A stretch of 64,000 bases of DNA. It comes from Squalus acanthias. Its lineage: Eukaryota. Made by a program: the position numbers and the translations under genes. How positions within the stretch are numbered: position 1 is the first letter of the stretch; every line of letters starts with the position of its first letter. Under the pieces are notes generated by a model. It ran no database searches. It saw only the letters and a program-made list of their open reading frames with translations, and was not told the DNA's origin. This document shows positions 36,401 to 48,400 of this stretch, one piece after another. The stretch is taken from the NCBI GenBank assembly GCA_030390025.1, contig JASTWF010000365.1, positions 1 to 64,000 of the forward strand. Reading direction: 5' to 3'.

Positions 36401-39400
36401 AGGAGGAGGACATTCAACCCCTCGGGCCTGTTATATAGGAACAGGAGGAGGCCATTCAACCTTTCGAGCCTGTTACAAAGGAACAGGAGGAGGCCATTCA
36501 GCCTCTCAAGCCTGTTACACAGGAACAGGAGGAGGCCATTCAGCCTCTCAAGCCTGTTACACAGGAACAGGAGGAGGCCATTCAGCCCCTCGAGCCTGTT
36601 ATATAGGAATAGGAGGCCATTCAGCCCCTCGAGCCTGTTACACAGGAACAGCAGGAGGCCATTCAGCCCCTCGAGCCTGTTACATCGGAACAGGAGGAGG
36701 TTATTCAGCCCCTCGAGACTGTTACACAGGAACAGTAGGAGCCCCATTCAGCACCTCGAGTGTTTTACACAGGAACAGGAGGAGGCCCATTCAGCCCCTC
36801 AAGTCTGTTACACAGGAACAAGAGGAGGCCATTCAGCCCCTCGAGCCTGTTACATCGGAACAGGAGGAGGACATTCAACCCCTCGGGCCTGTTATATGGG
36901 AAGGTAGCAGGACAGGTAGATAAGGTGTTTAAAAAGGCATACGGGTTACTTGCCTTTATTAGCCGAGGCATAGAATATAAGAGCAGGGAGGTTATGCTTG
37001 AACTGTATAAAACACTAGTTAGGCCACAGCATACTGCGGGCAGTTCTGGTCACCACATTACAGGAAGGAGGTGATTGCACCAGAGAGTGTGCAGAGGAGA
37101 TTGCCTGGACTGGAGAATTTTAGCGATGAGGAAAGATTGGAGAGGCTGGAGTTGTTTTCTTTGGAACATACGAGGCTGAGGGGAGACTTAATTGAGGGGT
37201 ATAAAATGATGAGGGGCCTAGATAGAGTGGATAGGAAGGACCGATTTCCTTCAGCAGAGGGCCCGATAACCAGGGGGCAGAGATTTAAAGTAATTAGTCG
37301 AAGGTTTAGAGGGGAGTTGAGGAGAAATTCTTTCACCCAGAGGGTGGTGGGGGTCTGGAACTCACTGCCTGAAAGGGTGGTCGAGGCAGAATCCCTCATC
37401 ACATTTAAAAAGTACTTGGATATGCACTTGAAGTGCCGTAACCTACAGGGCTACGGACCAAGAGCTGAAATGTGGGATTCGGCTGGATAGCTCATTCGGC
37501 CGGCAAGGACACGATGGGCCGAATGGGCTCCTTCTGTGCTGTAAAACAGGAGGAGGCCGCTAACCCCTCAAGCCTGTTACACAGGAAGAGGAAGAGGCCT
37601 TTCAGCCCCTTGGGCCTGCTACATAGGAACAGGAGGAGGCCATTCAGCCCCTCGAGCCTGTTACATCGGAACAGGAGGAGGCCATTCAGCCCCTTGAGCC
37701 TGTTACACAGGAACAGGAGGAGGCCCATTCAAACCCTCGAGCTTGTTAAATAGGAACAGGAGGAGGCCCATTTAGATGCTCAAGCCTGTTACATAGGAAC
37801 AGGGGGAGGCCCATTCAGCCCCTCAAGCCTGTTACACAGGAACAGGGGGAGGCCCATTCAGCCCCTCAAGCCTGTTACATAGGAACAGGAGGTGGCCCAT
37901 TTAGCCGCTCAAGCCTGTTACATAGGAACAGGAGGAGGCCCATTCAGCACTTCGAGCCTGTTACTCTGGAACAAGAGGAGGCCATTCAGCCCCTCGAGCC
38001 TGTTACATAGGAACAGGAGGAGACCCATTTAGCCCCTAGGGCCTGTTACATAGGAACAGGAGGAGACACATTTAGCCCCTAGGGCCTGTTACACAGGAAC
38101 AGGAAGAGGCCATTCAGCCCCTTGAGCCTGTTACATAGGAACAGGAGGAGGACATTCAACCCCTCGGGCCTGTTATATAGGAAGGTAGCAGGACAGGTAG
38201 ATAAGGTGTTTAAAAAGGCATACGGGTTACTTGCCTTTATTAGCCGAGGCATAGAATATAAGAGCAGGGAGGTTATGCTTGAACTGTATAAAACACTAGT
38301 TAGGCCACAGCTAGAATACTGCGGGCAGTTCTGGTCACCACATTACAGGAAGGAGGTGATTGCACCAGAGAGTGTGCAGAGGAGATTGCCTGGACTGGAG
38401 AATTTTAGCGATGAGGAAAGATTGGAGAGGCTGGAGTTGTTTTCTTTGGAACATACGAGGCTGAGGGGAGACTTAATTGAGGGGTATAAAATGATGAGGG
38501 GCCTAGATAGAGTGGATAGGAAGGACCGATTTCCTTCAGCAGAGGGCCCGATAACCAGGGGGCAGAGATTTAAAGTAATTAGTCGAAGGTTTAGAGGGGA
38601 GTTGAGGAGAAATTCTTTCACCCAGAGGGTGGTGGGGGTCTGGAACTCACTGCCTGAAAGGGTGGTCGAGGCAGAAACCCTCATCACATTTAAAAAGTAC
38701 TTGGATATGCACTTGAAGTGCCGTAACCTACAGGGCTACGGACCAAGAGCTGAAATGTGGGATTCGGCTGGATAGCTCATTCGGCCGGCAAGGACACGAT
38801 GGGCCGAATGGGCTCCTTCTGTGCTGTAAAACAGGAGGAGGCCGCTAACCCCTCAAGCCTGTTACACAGGAAGAGGAAGAGGCCTTTCAGCCCCTTGGCC
38901 TGCTACATAGGAACAGGAGGAGGCCATTCAGCCCCTCGAGCCTGTTACATCGGAACAGGAGGAGGCCCATTCAGACCCTGGAGCCTGTTACACAGGAACA
39001 GGAGGAGGCCCATTCAGCCCCTCGAGCCTGTTACATCGGAACAGGAGGAGGCCATTCAGCCCCTTGAGCCTGTTACACAGGAACAGGAGGAGGCCCATTC
39101 AGACCCTGGAGCCTGTTACACAGGAACAGGAGGAGGCCCATTCAAACCCTCGAGCTTGTTAAATAGGAACAGGAGGAGGCCGTTCAGCCCCTCGAGCTTG
39201 TTAAATAGGAACAGGAGGAGGCCCATTCAGCCCCCTCGAGCCTGTTGCACAGGAACAGGAGGAAGCCCATTGAAACCCTCGAGCTTGTTAAATAGGAACA
39301 GGAGGAGGCCATTCAGCCCCTCAATCCTGTTAAATAGGAATAGGAGGAGGCCCATTCAGCCCCCTCAAGCCTGTTACACAGGAACAGGAGGAGCCCCATT

Positions 39401-42400
39401 CAGCACCTCGAGTGTTTTACACAGGAACAGGAGGAGGCCCATTTAGCTGCTCAAGCCTGTTACATAGGAACAGGAGGAGACCTATTCAGCACCTCGAGCC
39501 TGTTATGTAGGAACAGTAGGAGGCCATTCAACCCCAAGGGCCTGTTATGTAGGAACAGGAGGAGGCCATTCAGCCCCTCGGGCCTGTTATGTAGGGACAG
39601 GAGGAGGCCATTCAACCCCTCGGGCCTGTTATGTAGGAACAGGAGGAGGCCATTCAACCCCTCGGGCCTGTTATGTAGGAACAGGAGGAGGCCATTCAGC
39701 CCCTCGGGCCTGTTATGTAGGAACAGGAGGAGGCCATTCAACCCCTCAGGCCTGTTATATAGGAACAGGAGGATGTCTTTTACGGGGACACAGATCCCAG
39801 TCGTTGGGCGTTTGGTGTAGTTGTTTTGGGAATAAAACGAGATGCGATTCCTACCCCCGTTATCAGTCGGCCTTTGAGTACTGGTCCCTGGCGTCACTGT
39901 GCTGTTCGTTCTGTCTCCTGATTCACCAAATCCAATGAAAGAGAGGAGGAATGAAGAGATCATTAAACCAAAGGCTAGAAATTCCACGCTCCTGACTTAA
40001 TAATCTTCCTGGGATTCATTCCACCAATTTACACAGGAACAGGAGGAGGCCATTCAGCCCCTCGAGCCTGTTACACAGGAACAGGAGGAGGCCCATTCAG
40101 CCCCTCGAGCCTGTTACACAGGAACAGGAGGAGCCCATTCAGCCCCACAAGCCTGTTACACAGGAACAGGAGGAGCCCATTCAGCCCCTCGAGCCTGTTA
40201 CACAGGAACACGAGGAGGCCGATTGACCGTTCAGCCCCTCTAAGCCTATTACACAGGAACAGGTGGAGGCCCATTCAGCCCCTCGGGCCTGTTACAGAGT
40301 AACAGAATTAGTCCGTTAAGTCCCTCGGGCCTGTTACACAGGAACAGGAGGACACCATTCAGCCCCTCGAGCCTGTTACACAGGAATAGGAGGAGGCCGT
40401 GCAGCCCCTCGGGCCTCTTATGTCGGGGCTAAATTAAAAAGCAGAACCTCAAGGGTAACAATGTCTGCATTATTACCTGAGCCACGAGCAATTTGGCATA
40501 GGGTAAATAAAATTAGAGAGATGAGTGCGTGGCTCAAAGACTGGTGTGGGAGAAATGGGTTTTGATTCCTGGGGCACTGGCACCAGTACTAGGGAAAGTG
40601 GGATCTGTATCGTTGGGACGGTTTTCACCTGAGCAGTGCTGGGACCAGTGTTCTGGCGAGTCGTATAACTAGGGCGGTAGAGAGGGCTTTAAACTAAATA
40701 CTGGGGGCAAGGGATCAAATTTGGGAAGATGCGGCAAATCAAAGAGTAGAGACAAGGCAAGAGAGAAAGGTATTAATATGGGAAATGATAAACAGACCGT
40801 GACAGGAAGGGATAGAGAGTACAAATCTAAGAGTAAATCAACAGATAAGGTTAGAGGTTACAAAAATAATAAAAGGACAAAACTAAAGGCTCTGCATCTG
40901 AATGCACGTAGCATTCGAAACAAAACAGATGAACTGATAGCGCAAAATAGAAATAAATAAATACGATCTGATAGCCATTACAGAAACATGGCTGCAGGAT
41001 GACATAGATTAGGACCTGAATATTGAAGGGTACACATCATTTAGGAAGGACAGGAAGGTGGGAAAAGGTGGAGGGGTGGCTCTGTTAATTAATGATGGTA
41101 TTAGCACAATAGAGAGGGATGACCTAAGTTCAGGAAACCAGGATGTAGAAGCGGTTTGGGTAGAGATGAGAAATGATAAAGGCAAGAAGTCACTTGTGGG
41201 AGTGGTGTACAGGCCCCCCAACAGTAACCACACGGTAGGATGGAGTATAAAGGAAGAAATAATGGGAGCTTGTCAGAAAGGTACGGCAATAATCATGGGG
41301 GATTTTAATCTACATATAGACTGGAAAAATCAGGTGGGCAAAGGTAGCCTAGATGAGGAGTTCATAGAATGTTTTCGGGATAGTTTCTTAGAACAGCACG
41401 TTCTGGAGCCAACCAGAGAGCAGGCTAGACTAGACCTGGTATTGTGCAGCGAGATAGGATTAATTAATGACCTCATAGTGAAGGCGCCCCTAGGTAGCAG
41501 CGATCATATATGATTGAATTTTACATTCAGTTTGAGGGAGAGAAGAGTGGGTTCAAGACTAGTATTTTAAACTTAAATAAGGGCAATTATGAGGGCATGA
41601 AAGCAGAGCTAGCTAAAGTGAACTGGCAAATTAGGTTAAGGGATCGGTCAATAGAGTTGCAGTGGCAGACATTTAAGGGGATATTTCAGAATACACAGAA
41701 TATATACATTCCAACGAGAAAGAAAAATTCCAAGGGGAGGACCCACCATCCGTGGTTAACTAAAAAAGTTAAAGATAATATCAAACTTAAAGAAAAAGCA
41801 TATAATTGCGCAAAGATGGGTGGCAGGTCAGTAGATTGGACAGAATATAAAAAACAGCAAAGAATGACAAAAAGATTAATAAGGAGAGAAAAATTCGAGT
41901 ACAAGAGAAAGCTAGCTAAAAATATGAAAACAGATAGTAAGAGTTTCTATAGAAATTTAAAAAAGAAAAGAGCTTACAAAGTGAGCGTTGGTCCTATAAA
42001 AAGTGAGTCTGGGGAATTAATAATGGAAAATAAGGAGATGGCAGTTGAATTGAACAGGTATTTTGCCTCGGTCTTCACTATAGAGGATACAAGTAACATC
42101 CCAGAAATAGCTGTAAATCAGGAAATGGAAGGGAGGGAGGAACTCAAGAAAATTACAATCACCAGGGAAGTGGTTCTGAGCAAATTGTTGGAGCTGCGGG
42201 CTGACAAGTCCCCGGGTCCTGATGGACTTCATCCTAGGGTCTTAAAAGAAGTGGCTAGTGAGACAGTTGATGCGTTGGTTTTAATTTTCCAAAATTCCCT
42301 AGATTCGGGGAAGGTTCCATTAGATTGGAAAATGGCGAATGTAACTCCTTTATTCAAAAAGGGAGGGAGACAGAAAGCAGGAAACTACAGGCCAGTTAGC

Positions 42401-45400
42401 TTAACATCTATCATAGGGAAAATGTTAGAAGTTATTATTAAAGACGTTATAGCAGGGCACTTAGAAAAGTTCAAGGTAATCAGGCAGAGTCAACATGGTT
42501 TTGTGAAAGGGAAATCATGTTTAATCAATTTATTGGAGTTCTTTGAGGAAGTAACATGTGCTGTGGATAAAGGGGAACCAGTGGATGCACTGTACTTAGA
42601 TTTCCAGAAGGCATTTGATAAGGTGCCACATCAAAGGTTATTGCGGAAAATAAAAGCTCATGGTGTAGGGAGGAAAATATTGGCATGGACAGAAGATTGG
42701 CTAGCTAACAGGAAACAGAGAGTAGGCATAAATGGGTCATTTTCTGGTTGGCAAGATGTAACGAGTGGTGTGCCACAGGGATCAGGGCTGAGGTCTCAAC
42801 TTTTTACAATTTATATAAATGACTTGGATGAAGAGACCGAAGGTATGGTTGCTAAATTTGCTGATGACACAAAGATAGGTAGGAAAGTAAATTGTGAAGA
42901 GGACATAAGGAGGCTACAAATGGATATAGATAGGTTAAGTGAGTGGGCAAAGATCTGGCAAATGGAGTATAATGTGGGAAAATGTGAAATTGCCCATTTT
43001 GGCAGGAAGAATAAAAAAGAAGCATATTATCTAAATGGTGAGAGATTGCAGAGCTCTGAGATGCAGAGGGATCTGGGTGTCCTAGTGCATGAATCGCAAA
43101 AGGTTAGTATGCAGGTACAGCAAGTAATTAGGAAAGCTAATAGAATGTTATTGTTTATTGCGAGGGGAATTGAATACAAAAGTAGGGATGTTATGCTTCA
43201 GTTATACAGGGCATTGGTGAGCCCACATCTGGAGTACTGTGTACAGTATTGGTCTCCTTATTTAAGGAAGGATGCAAGTGCGTTGGAAGCAGTTCAGAGA
43301 AGGTTTACTAGACTAATACCTGGAATGGGCGGGTTGTCTTATGAGGAAAGGTTGGACAGGCTAGGCTTGAATCCGCTGGCGTTTAGAAGAGTAAGAGGTG
43401 ACTTGATTGAAACATATAAGATCCTGAGTGGTCTGGACAGGGTGGATGTGGAGAGGATGTTTCCTCTTGTGGGAGAATCTAGAACTAGGGGTCACTGTTT
43501 AAAAATAAGGGGTCGCAGAGATGAGGAGAAATTTTTTCTCACAGAGGGTCGTGAGTCTTTGGAACTCTCTTCCTCAGAGGGCGGTGGAAGCAGAGTCTTT
43601 GAATATTTTGAAGGCAGAGGTAGATAGATTCTTGATAAGCAAGGGGGTGAAAGGTTATCGGGGGTAGGCGGGAATGTGGAGTAATCGGATCAGCGATGAT
43701 CTTATTGAATGGCGGAGCAGGCTCGAGGGGCCGAGTGGCCTACTCCTGCTCCTAATTCGTATGTCCGTATGAAACAGGAGGAGGCCATTCAACCCCTCGG
43801 GCCTGTTATGTAGGGACAGGAGGAGGCCATTCAACCCCTCGGGCCTGTTATGTAGGAACAGGAGGAGGCCATTCAGCCCCTCGGGCCTGTTATGTAGGAA
43901 CAGGAGGAGGCCATTCAACCCCTCGGGCCTGTTATGTAGGAACAGGAGGAGGCCATTCAACCCCTCGGGCCTGTTATGTAGGAACAGGAGGAGGCCGTTC
44001 AACCCCTCGGGCCTGTTATGTAGGAACAGGAGGAGGCCATTCAACCCCTCGGGCCTGTTATGTAGGAACAGGAGGAGGCCATTCAACCCCTTGGGCCTGT
44101 TATGTAGGAACAGGAGGATGTCTGTTACGGGGACACAGATCCCAGTCGTTGGGCGTTTGGTGTAGTTGTTTTGGGAATAAAACGAGATGCGATTCCTACC
44201 CCCGTTATCAGTCGGCCTTTGAGTACTGGTCCCTGGCGTCGCTGTGCTGCTCGTTCTGTCTCCTGATTCACCAAATCCAATGAAAGAGAGGAGGAATGAA
44301 GAGATCATTAAACCAAAGGCTAGAAATTCCACGCTCCTGACTTAATAATCTTCCTGGGATTCATTCCACCAATTTACACAGGAACAGGAGGAGGCCATTC
44401 AGCCCTTCGAGCCTGTTACACAGGAACAGGAGGAGGCCCATTCAGCCCCTCGAGCCTGTTACCACAGGAACAGGAGGAGGCCATTCAGCCTCTCGGATCT
44501 GCTACACAGGAACAGGAGGAGGCCAATTCAGCCCCTCGAGCCTGTTACGCAGGAACAGGAGGAGGCCCATTCAGCCCCTCAAGCCTGTTACACAGGAACA
44601 GGAGGGGGCCCATTGAAACCCTCGAGCTTGTTAAATAGGAACAGGAGGAGGCCCATTCAGCCCCCTCGAGCCTGTTACACAGGAACAGGAGGAGCCCCAT
44701 TCAGCACCTCGAGTGTTTTACACAGGAACAGGAGGAGGCCCATTTAGTTGCTCAAGCCTGTTACATAGGAACAGGAGGAGACCTATTCAGCACCTCGAGC
44801 CTGTTATGTAGGAACAGTAGGAGGCCATTCAACCACTCGGGCCTGTTATGTAGGGACAGGAGGAGGCCATTCAACCCCTCGGGCCTGTTATGTAGGAACA
44901 GTAGGTGGCCATTCAACCCCTCGGGCCTGTTATGTAGGAACAGGAGGAGGCCATTCAACCCCTCGGGCCTGTTATGTAGGAACAGGAGGAGGCCATTCAA
45001 CCCCTCGGGCCTGTTATGTAGGGACAGTAGGAGGCCATTCAACCCCTCCGGCCTGTTATGTAGGAACAGGAGGAGGCCATTCAACCCCTCGGGCCTGTTA
45101 TGTAGGAACAGGAGGAGGCCATTCAACCCCTCGGGCCTGTTATGTAGGAACAGGAGGAGGCCATTCAACCCCTCGGGCCTGTTATGTAGGAACAGGAGGA
45201 GGCCATTCAACCCCTCGGGCCTGTTATGTAGGGACAGGAGGAGGCCATTCAACCCCTCGGGCCTGTTATGTGGGAACAGGAGGAGGCCATTCAACCCCTC
45301 GGGCCTGTTATGTAGGAACAGGAGGATGTCTGTTACGGGGACACAGATCCCAGTCCTTGGGCGTTTGGTGTAGTTGTTTTGGGAATAAAACGAGATGCGA

Positions 45401-48400
45401 TTCCTACCCCCGTTATCAGTCGGCCTTTGAGTACTGGTCCCTGGCGTCGCTGTGCTGCTCGTTCTGTCTCCTGATTCACCAAATCCAATGAAAGAGAGGA
45501 GGAATGAAGAGATCATTAAACCAAAGGCTAGAAATTCCACGCTCCTGACTTAATAATCTTCCTGGGATTCATTCCACCAATTTACACAGGAACAGCAGGA
45601 GGCCATTCAGCCCCTCGAGCCTGTTACACAGGAACAGGAGGAGCCCATTCAGCCCCTCGGGCCTGTTATGTACGAACAGGAGGTGGCCATTTTTCCCCTC
45701 GGGCCTGTTATATATGAACATGAGGGGGCCATTCAGCCCTTTGGGCCTGTTGTATAGGAGTACAAGGAGGCCCATTCAACACCTTGAGCCTGTTACATAG
45801 GAACTGGAGGAGGCCCATTCTGCCCCTCGGCCTGTTAATACGAGCGGGAGGAGGCCCATTCAGCCCCTCGGGCCCCTTACATAAGGACTGGAGGAAGCCA
45901 TTCAGCCCCTTGGGCCTGTTAGATGAGATCAGGAGGGGGTGATTTAGCCCCTTGGCCTGTTAATAGGAACAGGAGGAGGCCCATTCAGCCCCTTGAGCCT
46001 GTTACACAGGAACAGGAGGAGGCCCATTCAGCCCCTTGAGCCTGTTACACAGGAACAGGAGGAGGCCCATTCAGCCCCTCGGGCCTGTTACATAGGAACA
46101 AGAGGAGGCCCATTCAGCCCCTCGAGTCCTGTTACACAGGAACAGGAGGAGGCCATTCAGCCCCTTGATCCTGTTACACAGGAACAGGAGGAGGCCATTC
46201 AGCCCCTTGAGCCTGTTACATAGGAACAAGAGGAGGCCATTCAGCCTCTCGAGCCTGTTACACAGGAACAGGAGGAGGCCGTTCAGCCCCTTGAGCCTGT
46301 TACACAGGAACAGGAGGAGGCCATTCAGCCCCTTGAGCCTGTTACATAGGAACAAGAGGAGGCCATTCAGCCTCTCGAGCCTGTTACATAGGAAAATAGG
46401 AGACCTGTAACAGGGACAAAGATCCCTTTTTTGTTCTTTCTTTCTCTCTTTCTTCAGCTTCTTCGTTCCTCTTTCTTTCTCTCTCACTCTCTTCCTCCCT
46501 CGCTCTCTCACTTTATGACCTTGATCTGTCGCACTCCGCTCTACGCCGGTTGTCACTCCATTACCTGGATGAGTGGTGGCGACACTCCTGGCGTCGCCGT
46601 TGCAGAGGTTTCCCACACAACACGCGGGAAGCTCATTGACCTGCATACGGAAATCATGAAACACGCTGGTGCTTTGGCAGCACAGCTCCGAGGCGCAGCC
46701 CCTGGCGAAGAACGGTAGCCCGATCGGCACTAGACACAGACGGGAAACAGGTTAGATATCGGGCGGGGGGCAGGCACAGGGGTTTGATACGACAGTCCCC
46801 GCTGGTTATAACGGGCGTGTTCGTGACAGCGACGTTGGCCCGCTTTACGCGATGGGCGGTATAATGGGGCCGCACTGTGACAGTGCTCGACTAGTCTTTA
46901 TACCTGTGTGTCGCACTTGCTGCGGCGCTCCCTCAGTACTGCCCCTCCGACAGTGCAGGCGCTCCCTCAATACTGACCCTCCGACAGTGCGGCGCTCCCT
47001 CAGTACTGCCCCTCCGACAGTGCAGCGCTCCCTCAATACTGACCCTCCGACAGTGCGGCGCTCCCTCAGTACTGACCCTCCGACAGTGCAGCACTCCCTC
47101 AGTACTGACCCTCCAACAGTGCGGCGCTCCCTCAGTACTGACCCTCCGACAGTGCAGCGCTCCTTCAGTACTGCCCCTCCGACAGTGCAGCGCTCCCTCA
47201 ATACTGACCCTCCAACAGTGCAGCGCTCCCTCAATACTGACCCTCCGACAATGCAGCGCTCCCTCAGTACTGCCCCTCCGACAGTGCAGTGCCCCTCAGT
47301 ACTGCCCCTCCGACAGTGCGGGGCCCCTCAGTACTGCCCCTCCGACAGTGCGGCACTCCCTCAGTACTGCCCCTCCGACAGTGCGGCTCTCCCTCAGTAC
47401 TGACCCTCCGACAATGCAGCGCTCCCTCAGTACTGCCCCTCCGACAGTGCAGTGCCCCTCAGTACTGCCCCTCCGACAGTGCGGCGCTCCCTCAGTACTG
47501 CCCCTCCGACAGTGCGGCACTCCCTCAGTACTGCCCCTCCGACAGTGCGGCGCTCCCTCAGTACTGTCCCTCCGACAGTGCGGCGCTCCCTCAGTACTGG
47601 CACTGGGTGTGTCAGCCTGGTTTACGGGGCTCAAGTCTCTGGAGTGTGAGACGCGAACCTACAATCTTCTAACCCAGAGGCGAGGGCGCTACCCACTCAG
47701 CCACAGCTGACACACTGAGGTGCGAAGAATCACTCAAGCCTCACAACCATGGCAGAAGATTCAACCTACTCAGATCCTGCTGGCCTGAGACATTCATGCA
47801 GCGAGTCTCCGGGCCAACGCACTTCACTGTTTCTTCAGAAGCGCTGCAGGAATCGGCCGAGCTGTTAAAACACCCTCTGCATTCCAATTCACTCTGGGTG
47901 GTGTCCGGCGCATCTGAAATGGAAATCAGAAAGGGAGATTCTTTTCACCTTAAGAAGACAGACGAGCTTGCTATTTTTGAACTGGTTCATTGTCTTGCTT
48001 AGAAATCAGCCCTGAATTCTGCAACAGGAGAAGGCCATTCAGCCCCTCGAGCCTGTTCCACCATTCAATTAGATCGCAGGTGATCTATTCCTTATTCACC
48101 CACCTTAGCTCAGTATGCCTTGATACCCTGACCCAGCAACAATCTGTCGATCTCAGTCTTGAAAGCTCCAATTATCTGACTGACCCCTTGCTCTTGAATT
48201 CCCCCACCAAATGAAATACAGTAGAGGGAGCTTTACTGTGTATCTAACCCGTGCTGTACCTGCGCTGGGAGTGTTTGATGGGACAGTGTAGAGGGAGCTT
48301 TACTCTGTATCTAACCCGTGCTGTACCTGCCCTGGGAGTGTTTGATGGGGACAGTGTAGAGGGAGCTTTACTGTGTATCTAACCCGTGCTGTACCTGCCC

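Larger units (their letters stand above)
19925..46395. repeat. ~42-43 bp satellite (ACAGGAACAGGAGGAGGCCATTCAGCCCCTCGAGCCTGTTAC), interrupted by CR1 pieces and three host exons
   Basis: Directly visible over ~26 kb; the monomer resembles the reverse complement of the CR1 3'-terminal hairpin region. Confidence 0.95.

Noticed and set aside
39460..45540. Three ORFs starting 'MEFLAFGLMISSFLLSFIGFGESG' that look like signal-peptide proteins
   Set aside because: They start at GTG, and the hydrophobic stretch is the polypyrimidine tract of a splice acceptor. Only the internal 63-nt exon is credible.
19925..46395. Many ORFs such as LLLFLCNRLEGLNG, IQPLEPVTQEQEE and HRNRRRPFSPSSL, some LRR-like
   Set aside because: Translations of the 42/43-bp satellite; frames switch with monomer length and there are no splice signals or coherent domain.
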